Source: an uncultured Clostridia bacterium (lineage in GTDB: Bacteria > Bacillota > Clostridia > Christensenellales > UBA3700). From it: 64,000 nucleotides of DNA. A model generated the notes under the pieces. That model saw nothing but the letters and a program-made list of their open reading frames with translations, had not been told where the DNA came from and made no database searches. The DNA lies in NCBI GenBank assembly GCA_946615965.1, contig CAMOIC010000001.1, positions 43,198 to 107,197 of the forward strand. Reading direction: 5' to 3'. Shown in pieces: positions 56,980-64,000 of the stretch (its first letter is position 1; each line of letters starts with the position of its first letter). The position numbers were made by a program, and so were the translations under genes.

Positions 56980-58389
56980 TTAGTTACCCTCCTTTACAGT
57001 TTCTGCTTGAACATCTACAACTGGGCCTTCCTCTGAACCAGGATTTTCCTCAGCCATAGCCTTAGCATCTCTCTTTAAACCATACCAGTTTGCATTTTCT
57101 TCTCTTGTGAATGATAGGATGCAAGCTAATACTAATCTTGTCATTAATAATGATGATAGAAGAGATAAGATGATACCGATAAGTAATGTAATACCGAAGC
57201 TCTTTAGAGTAGATGTACCTAAAATAATAAGTACAGCAGCACCGATAATTGTTGTTACGTTACCATCGACAATAGCTCCAAGTGAACGTTTGAAACCTGT
57301 TGAGTAAGCAGTAATAATCTTCTTACCTGAAGCATATTCTTCTTTAATTCTTTCGAAAATAATTACATTAGCGTCTACAGCCATACCTATAGATAGAAGA
57401 ACACCGGCAATACCTGATAGTGTTAATTGTACCCATGGGAATACAGCTAAGAAGAAAATGTATGTTAATGTGTACCACCATAAAGCAATTGATGCAGCAA
57501 CACCTAATAATCTATATAAAACGATTAGGTAAGCCATGATTAGGATGATACCAACAATACCAGCGATAACACCGGCCTTAATAGCATCAACACCTAATGT
57601 TGCTGAGATTGTACTACATTGAGACATCTTTAATGTTAATGGGAATGAACCTGCAGTAATCTTAACTGCTAAGTTATAAGCATCTTCATATGAATAATTA
57701 CCACTAATTGAACATGAACCAGTAGAAATTACTTCGTTTACCTTTGGTGCGATTAATGATGAACCATTAATATAAATTGCTAGTTGCTTACCATTTAAAG
57801 CTTCTGTTGCTTTAGCAAAGTATTCTGTACCTTTCTTATTGAATTGTAATGCAACTACGTAATAACCTGTTGTTGAATCATATTGAACACCTGCTGCAGA
57901 TACGAAATCACCTGTTAACTTTTCAGCGATCTTAACACTACCGCTTTCATCGTTTAAAGATAAATCGTTTGTTCCATCAACATATTCCTTAAATTCAAGC
58001 TCAGCTGGATCACCGATTAACTTGAAGATTGTTTCTGGATCATCAACATCTGGAATTTCAACACGAATTGTTTCGCCACTTACTGTAACTTGAGCTTCTG
58101 TGTAACCCTTATTGAATAATAAAGATTCCATACCAGCTCTTGTACCTTCAACAGCAGCTGCTCTTTCACTGTCTGACATCTTTTGATATGCTTCTGTTGT
58201 AGTGTCAACGTCATAAACTGCATATACACCACCGCTTAGGTCAAGACCTAAACTAATAGCTTTTGGGAATGCATTGTAATCATATTTGCCAAATTGTCCA
58301 TCATCAAGAGAAACAAATGCAAATACTGTTCCTAAAACTATTAATACACATAAGATAGACAAAATCGTTATTGATTTGTACTTTTTCAT
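56980..58389 (-). CDS. secD: protein translocase subunit SecD
   Basis: LGLDLSGGV motif, large extracytoplasmic domain, C-terminal TM bundle. Start moved to ATG 58389 (MKKYKS), which is preceded by GGAGG. The track start is a TTG that lies within the SD region. Confidence 0.9.
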   Translation of the reverse strand: MKKYKSITILSILCVLIVLGTVFAFVSLDDGQFGKYDYNAFPKAISLGLDLSGGVYAVYDVDTTTEAYQKMSDSERAAAVEGTRAGMESLLFNKGYTEAQVTVSGETIRVEIPDVDDPETIFKLIGDPAELEFKEYVDGTNDLSLNDESGSVKIAEKLTGDFVSAAGVQYDSTTGYYVVALQFNKKGTEYFAKATEALNGKQLAIYINGSSLIAPKVNEVISTGSCSISGNYSYEDAYNLAVKITAGSFPLTLKMSQCSTISATLGVDAIKAGVIAGIVGIILIMAYLIVLYRLLGVAASIALWWYTLTYIFFLAVFPWVQLTLSGIAGVLLSIGMAVDANVIIFERIKEEYASGKKIITAYSTGFKRSLGAIVDGNVTTIIGAAVLIILGTSTLKSFGITLLIGIILSLLSSLLMTRLVLACILSFTREENANWYGLKRDAKAMAEENPGSEEGPVVDVQAETVKEGN

Positions 58390-58490
58390 CTTATTGTGCC
58401 TCCTATTTTGCAAAATATTTTATTTATAAATAATAAATATATTATATATATTAGACTATATTAAAGTCAATAATATAAATTTTTAATTTT

Positions 58491-59855
58491 TTACGCTTCT
58501 GGCGCGCCCTCAATTGCTTGAATTGCTAAAGATAAATCCATTCTCTTCTTTTCTAAAGCACATGTTATATCATATGGCGTATTCATAGAACCTGCAAAGT
58601 TAATATTGTTTGCACAACAACCGCCTGAGCAGTAGTACTTTGCTGGACAATCTTGACAAGCTGGCTTTTGTGTTACGATATTCTTTGCGAACTTTTCACT
58701 AACACTTAAGTCTAGAGACTTATCAAAAACATTTCCCATATAATATTCTTTATTTTCAGCAAATTGGTGACATGGGAATACATCGCCTGTAGGTGTTACA
58801 GCAAGGTATTCACAACCAGATCCACAACCTGTCAATCTCTTAACAACACATGGTCCAAGTTCTATATCTATCATGAAATGGAAGAAATTAAACCACTTAT
58901 CTTTTGTCTTTCTTCTATCTAGATAGATTTCAGCAAGCTTTTCGTACTCTTTTAAGATTTGAGGAACCATTTCCTTCGTAATCTTTAAATCAGGAATATC
59001 TGTAACTACTGGTTCCATTGAAATTTGATCAAATCCAGCATCATTTAAGAACTCAACATCTTTTGCAAAATCCAAGTTCTTAGCTGTATATGTTCCTCTT
59101 ACGTAGTACTCTTTTCCATTACGAGCTTCTTTCATCTTTTGAGCATTTCTTAAAATGACATCAAAAGCACTCTTTCCACTAACCGTTTTTCTAACAGCAT
59201 CGTTGATATCTTTTCTACCATCGATACTTAAAACGACGTTAGTCATGTTATCATTTAACCACTTGATTTTATCATCAGATAAAAGCACGCAGTTTGTTGT
59301 CATAGTAAATGAGAACTTCTTTCTTGTTTCCCCTTCAATTGATCTTGCGTATTCAACAATTTGTTTTACAACATCAAAATTCATCAAAGGTTCTCCACCA
59401 AAGAAGTCAACCTCTAAGTTCTCTCTATGTCCAGAATACTTAACCAAATAATCGATCGCATTTTTACCAACTTCAAAAGACATATGTGCTCTTGATCTTG
59501 TATGGTATGTACCCTCATCTGCAAAACAGTATCTGCACTTTAAATTACAATCATGGCAGATATGTAAACAAAGAGCTTTAATTTCGCCGATTCTTTTTGA
59601 TTTTGTGAAAACTGTACATGGAGAATCTAAAACACCCTCTTTAACAAGAGTGTCTAGTTCTGAATTAATCTCATCAATATCGCTTTTATTTAATGAATTT
59701 AATTGTTTTAATTGATCCTCATCAAGGTCATGTTCAAAACGATTTTTGGCAATTAAAAAAGTGGCAAAATCTACATTATGTAAACTACCACTTTCACTAT
59801 CCCACATAAAATAATAAGCTCTATCGTGATAGGTAAAGCTAAAACTATGAGTCAT
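58491..59855 (-). CDS. radical SAM/SPASM thioether-forming maturase of the SCIFF peptide
   Basis: 454 aa. Radical-SAM CNLKCRYC. C-terminal SPASM Cys clusters (CGSGCEY, CQDCPAKYYCSGGCCANN). Lies 14 nt downstream of a SCIFF precursor gene. Confidence 0.88.
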   Translation of the reverse strand: MTHSFSFTYHDRAYYFMWDSESGSLHNVDFATFLIAKNRFEHDLDEDQLKQLNSLNKSDIDEINSELDTLVKEGVLDSPCTVFTKSKRIGEIKALCLHICHDCNLKCRYCFADEGTYHTRSRAHMSFEVGKNAIDYLVKYSGHRENLEVDFFGGEPLMNFDVVKQIVEYARSIEGETRKKFSFTMTTNCVLLSDDKIKWLNDNMTNVVLSIDGRKDINDAVRKTVSGKSAFDVILRNAQKMKEARNGKEYYVRGTYTAKNLDFAKDVEFLNDAGFDQISMEPVVTDIPDLKITKEMVPQILKEYEKLAEIYLDRRKTKDKWFNFFHFMIDIELGPCVVKRLTGCGSGCEYLAVTPTGDVFPCHQFAENKEYYMGNVFDKSLDLSVSEKFAKNIVTQKPACQDCPAKYYCSGGCCANNINFAGSMNTPYDITCALEKKRMDLSLAIQAIEGAPEA

Positions 59856-59869
59856 AGAATTCTATAAAA

Positions 59870-60046
59870 TTAAAGTAATGGCTTCTTAACTTGAGTATTT
59901 ACTCTCTCGTCTTGGTGTTGGCAAGATTGATTTCCTACTGTGCAAGATGTCTTACAAGCTGATTGGCAAGATGATTTGCATTCGCCACATCCGATATTTC
60001 CTGTTTTTCTCATTCCGTTCTTAACGATTGTGTTAATATGTGTCAT
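59870..60046 (-). CDS. SCIFF (six-cysteines-in-forty-five) ranthipeptide precursor with a C-terminal extension
   Basis: Core GCGECKSSCQSACKTSCTVGNQSC matches the SCIFF family pattern. Start placed at ATG 60046 (MTHINT), preceded by GGAGGA. The track start is a GTG inside the SD. Confidence 0.88.
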   Translation of the reverse strand: MTHINTIVKNGMRKTGNIGCGECKSSCQSACKTSCTVGNQSCQHQDERVNTQVKKPLL

Positions 60047-60172
60047 ATATAATTCCTCCACGTGAATTTATTTACATATAAATAATATAATAAATGAAAT
60101 TATATTTCAACCAAAATATTAGTTATAATGGCTTCTTCAAAACACCTAATAACTAATTAATAATCAGCATTA

Positions 60173-62632
60173 TTACAATTTAATCAACGCTACAGGTTTT
60201 TCGTTTAGAATCTTTTTTATAATAGAAATCAAACCAATACCGGCAATTAATACAGAATATACAAATACTACCGCAAAATTCCAAACTGTATAATTATATG
60301 CATATATTCCTATATTCACATCGCCAAAGGCATATCTCACTAATGGAATTAATGACAATGCTAAAAGATTTGAGAAAATACAAACAATCAAACCTACAAT
60401 AACAAATATATCGATAATATCCTTCTTACGAGCACCTAAACATGCCATGATAGATATCATTTTGTTATTATCTTTTAAGATATTTGATGCAAAATTCCAT
60501 AAAATCAAAGTAGTGATTACAGCTAATAAAATACTTATTATTGCAGCTCCAATGTCGGAACCAAATTCTTTATTACTAATCATTTCATCATATTTTTCCC
60601 AATATCCATTCACCATTTCATATCTATATGTAGCATTTTCTACAATAAACGATCTATGCAGTTTTATTAACGTATCATAGTCTACATCGTATGAACCACT
60701 CAACTTATATTGCAATCCTATAATATCTCCACATTTTTTAGACACAGATTCTCCTAACAAATTATTAACATAAACCACATTAGAATTATAAGTAAATCCT
60801 ATAATTTTTGGAGAATAGTACCTTGGTGTTTTTTTCTCGTATTCATAGCTTACAAAATACGCAAATACTTCATTATTTGTTAGATAAGACACCCAATCTT
60901 CATCATTAATAAAACCATTATGTTGGCTAATAGTGTTTGAACTTAAAAAATCTGTTTTATAATTCATTAAATATTCATAAGGAATTACAACCCCATACGA
61001 ATCATAATTTGAGTTAATCAACACCGTATCAGCAAGAACCTCAGGGCTTACACCGGACAAATTCTTAACTGTATACTTCTCATAATTTTTATAATTAATA
61101 CTAATTTTACATTCGTCTAATAATCCATATTTAAAAGAATCACTGTTAAAGATAAGGGCAGTATGAATAGAATTAAGCAATTCCTCCTCTAATCCCCATC
61201 CACGTTTTTCTAACTGATTTCTATATTTCAAACGATCTTCTTCATATTTCTCAATAAACTCTATATATGAATCTCTATTTGGTTTTGTATCAACAACACC
61301 TACTATTGTGTATACAAATCTATTATCCCCCTCAATTTCTTTTCCAAGCAAATCGCTAGCCGTTGAAACATCAATTTCTTTTCCAAGAAGATCGTTCATA
61401 CCAAACATTCTAAACAAGTCTAACATAGCACTTGAGACCATAACTTCATTATTATATTCAGGATATTTGCCACAAACTATTTTGTATCCATATACTTGCA
61501 AATCTTTCTCACTCATTGCACATTTAGTCATATAGGATTCTTCAAAAATATCAAGAAAACCATATGCACAATAATGTACTGGCAATTTTACATCCGATAA
61601 ATATAATTTTATATAATCACTGCCTATTCTTTCTTCTAAATCATTCACTTCTTTATATGTAATTATGTGCCCATCTGGATAGTCTATATATGGTCGATAA
61701 TCATACATTGCTGATTTTCTTATAACTACACTATCAATTCCATTGTTTTCACATGCAGTTATAAATTGCTTATCTGCATTATTGAACCCAGCGGCAAAAT
61801 ACATACTCATAAATCCTAAAGTGAACATCATAAATAACAGAATTAAGACGAATTGCACAGGTCTTTTAATCATCCCCTTAAATGCAATTTTAAGTTTTCG
61901 TAAGTAACTAAAACCTTTAGGTTTATTGTAAGTAAAGTCGCTAATTGTAGGCACAGAAGACTTTACAGAATCATTATTAGAAGTTACATGTCCATTATCT
62001 AGTTCAACAACATCATCCGCGTAATTCTTTGAAAGTTTTGAATCTTGAGTAAAAACAATAACACAGCAGTCTTTAGACAATTCTTTCAAGTAATCCAACA
62101 CTTCTTCCTTTGAATCTTTATCTAGACCCGCTACGGGCTCATCCGCAAGAATTATCCTTGGATTCTTAATTACAGCTCTTGCTATAGATACTTTCTTTTT
62201 TTGAGCAAGCGAAAGATTTGAAACTTTTGTTGATACTTGAGAAGATAATCCCAATTTATCTAGAATATCAACAATCTTCTTCTTATTAAATTCTCCTCTA
62301 GAATCTAAAGCGATTTTAACATTGTCGTAAACGCTCGCGTTATCGATTAACATATCATCTTTAAACATATAACCAATATATGAATCTCTATAACTGCATA
62401 ATTCTTTATCGGAAAAAGTTCTAATATTCTTATTATCTACAAATACATTTCCAAAATATGTATCATCAATGCCACCAACAATATTAAATAGTGTTGTCTT
62501 ACCACAGCCGCTATCACCTGTTATAAATAGCATTCCTTTATCTAAAATATCAATTGAAACATCACAAAGAGCTTCAACTCTCTCATTATTTTTTGAACGA
62601 TATGTTTTATAAATATTTTTTATGGAAATCAT
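60173..62632 (-). CDS. fused ABC transporter: N-terminal ATPase plus FtsX/MacB-type permease with a large extracytoplasmic domain
   Basis: Walker A GDSGCGKTT, signature LSLAQKKKVSIARA, Walker B IILADEP. Then one TM, an external domain of about 400 aa, and three C-terminal TMs. Start at ATG 62632 (MISIKN), preceded by GGAGG. Confidence 0.85.
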   Translation of the reverse strand: MISIKNIYKTYRSKNNERVEALCDVSIDILDKGMLFITGDSGCGKTTLFNIVGGIDDTYFGNVFVDNKNIRTFSDKELCSYRDSYIGYMFKDDMLIDNASVYDNVKIALDSRGEFNKKKIVDILDKLGLSSQVSTKVSNLSLAQKKKVSIARAVIKNPRIILADEPVAGLDKDSKEEVLDYLKELSKDCCVIVFTQDSKLSKNYADDVVELDNGHVTSNNDSVKSSVPTISDFTYNKPKGFSYLRKLKIAFKGMIKRPVQFVLILLFMMFTLGFMSMYFAAGFNNADKQFITACENNGIDSVVIRKSAMYDYRPYIDYPDGHIITYKEVNDLEERIGSDYIKLYLSDVKLPVHYCAYGFLDIFEESYMTKCAMSEKDLQVYGYKIVCGKYPEYNNEVMVSSAMLDLFRMFGMNDLLGKEIDVSTASDLLGKEIEGDNRFVYTIVGVVDTKPNRDSYIEFIEKYEEDRLKYRNQLEKRGWGLEEELLNSIHTALIFNSDSFKYGLLDECKISINYKNYEKYTVKNLSGVSPEVLADTVLINSNYDSYGVVIPYEYLMNYKTDFLSSNTISQHNGFINDEDWVSYLTNNEVFAYFVSYEYEKKTPRYYSPKIIGFTYNSNVVYVNNLLGESVSKKCGDIIGLQYKLSGSYDVDYDTLIKLHRSFIVENATYRYEMVNGYWEKYDEMISNKEFGSDIGAAIISILLAVITTLILWNFASNILKDNNKMISIMACLGARKKDIIDIFVIVGLIVCIFSNLLALSLIPLVRYAFGDVNIGIYAYNYTVWNFAVVFVYSVLIAGIGLISIIKKILNEKPVALIKL

Positions 62633-62663
62633 ATAAACCAAGCCTCCTTTTCTAGCCATATAA

Positions 62664-62693
62664 ATTATAATTCCTTTAAAAATCATTAGTCAA
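62664..62693 (-). promoter_or_regulatory. sigma-A-like promoter for the fused ABC gene
   Basis: The minus strand reads TTGACT (62693-62688), an 18-nt spacer, then TATAAT (62669-62664). Confidence 0.5.
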
Positions 62694-62723
62694 TACAGCC
62701 AATATATATGTATATGAATTCTA

Positions 62724-62757
62724 CAAAAAAAATAAGGCAACCCTCACGGATTACCTT
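62724..62757 (-). terminator. rho-independent terminator after yajC
   Basis: The minus strand reads AAGGUAAUCC-GUGA-GGGUUGCCUU (10-bp stem including G-U pairs, GNRA loop) followed by AUUUUUUUU. Confidence 0.8.
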
Positions 62758-62779
62758 AATTCATTCTTAAAATATCAAA

Positions 62780-63193
62780 TTAGTCTAATTTTTCATTTGA
62801 TTTAATAACTGGTTCATCATTAACTGTAGCTGTTGGAGCTACATCGTCTAATGCTTGTTCCTTTTGTGGTTCTACTGTTTGGCCAGCAGCATTTACTGAC
62901 ATTGTTGTATATACAGCATTTCTATCGATTGTAACACAAGCTGACTTGTCGCCCTTTGCAGAAATATCGATAACCATTGTATTTGTAGCCATATCCATAG
63001 ATACGATTTCACCGATAAAACCACCGATTGTCTTAACCTTTGTACCTACATGTAGACTATCCATCATTTTTTGAGTTTCTTTTTGTCTCTTTCTTTGTGG
63101 GATGATACTCATAGCTAACATACCTACAAGAAGTACACCCATAACTATTAACATTGTATATTGTTGATCTAATGATAATAATGCGTCAAACAT
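62780..63193 (-). CDS. yajC: preprotein translocase subunit YajC (with extended C-terminus)
   Basis: 137 aa. Single TM followed by QRKRQKETQKMMDSLHVGTKVKTIGGFIGEIV, which is typical of YajC. Confidence 0.88.
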   Translation of the reverse strand: MFDALLSLDQQYTMLIVMGVLLVGMLAMSIIPQRKRQKETQKMMDSLHVGTKVKTIGGFIGEIVSMDMATNTMVIDISAKGDKSACVTIDRNAVYTTMSVNAAGQTVEPQKEQALDDVAPTATVNDEPVIKSNEKLD

Positions 63194-63300
63194 AATTAAT
63201 TTCTCCTTTTTCTTCTTGTCATCTTAGGATAACACCTTTTTAATAATATATTAATAAGCACATAATCGCAAGTAAAATAATTTACGAGCCTTATACATTC

Positions 63301-64000
<700 letters not shown>

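Noticed and set aside
1447-61535. All plus-strand ORFs in the supplied track (60-129 aa; for example 1447-1698, 4860-5123, 19687-20076, 22676-23014, 46734-47114, 54833-55129).
   Set aside because: Each lies entirely antisense to a well-supported minus-strand gene. They have low-complexity Ser/Leu/Ile/Phe-rich translations typical of shadow ORFs in AT-rich DNA, and none has an SD or a recognisable motif.
4957-62686. N-terminal extensions in the ORF track (U32 peptidase, lipoprotein, ABC ATPase, scpA, SPFH protein, M16 peptidase, rpsO, secD, SCIFF, fused ABC).
   Set aside because: The extended starts are TTG/GTG or upstream ATG codons that contain or precede the real SD. A downstream ATG with a GGAGG-type SD, or with the expected family N-terminus, was preferred.

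Overview
This is an AT-rich chromosomal segment (about 30% GC by eye, not computed) from a low-GC Firmicute. It is most likely class Clostridia, because it carries a SCIFF peptide with its radical-SAM maturase, an IspH-S1 fusion, RNase Y and T-box control of pheST. Every gene I accept (about 60 CDS and a six-tRNA operon) lies on the minus strand. All plus-strand ORFs in the track look like shadow ORFs. Most of the content is core housekeeping: mutS2, a U32 peptidase, pheST, cmk-plsC-ispH/rpsA, surE, a biotin-dependent Na+-pump-type decarboxylase operon, rluB, scpAB, rny, recA, cinA, rimO, pgsA, ftsK, a TrkH-family gene, an M16 peptidase, pnp, rpsO, a hemZ-like gene, dtd, relA, recJ, secDF, the SCIFF locus, yajC and tgt (truncated at the window end). 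The most interesting region is a tightly translationally coupled four-gene cassette at 31346-33783. It encodes a YdjI/COG4260-type SPFH protein with two zinc ribbons, two small helical proteins that both begin MCF(K/R)3, and a zinc-ribbon/3-TM protein. One of the helical proteins has an ESCRT-III/Snf7-like charge layout. I read the cassette as a candidate uncharacterised Psp-like membrane-remodelling or stress module. Other points worth a second look:
- An accessory stretch at 8776-15156 holds an ABC-2 exporter with two permeases, a lipoprotein, a protein with a charged tail, and an FAD enzyme that may belong to the polyenoic fatty-acid isomerase family.
- The decarboxylase operon carries both an acyl-CoA and an oxaloacetate-type carboxyltransferase.
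- PgsA has a C-terminal domain that resembles the FtsK gamma domain and sits directly downstream of ftsK.
- A fused ABC/FtsX transporter is inserted next to the SCIFF locus.
- TGGATAA motifs cluster downstream of pnp.
- A TGCGTAT motif is shared by two promoter regions.
- There are several 350-450 bp AT-rich spacers that nothing explains.
I saw no CRISPR array, rRNA, transposase, integrase or phage genes. All family assignments come from motif recognition by eye; no searches were run.
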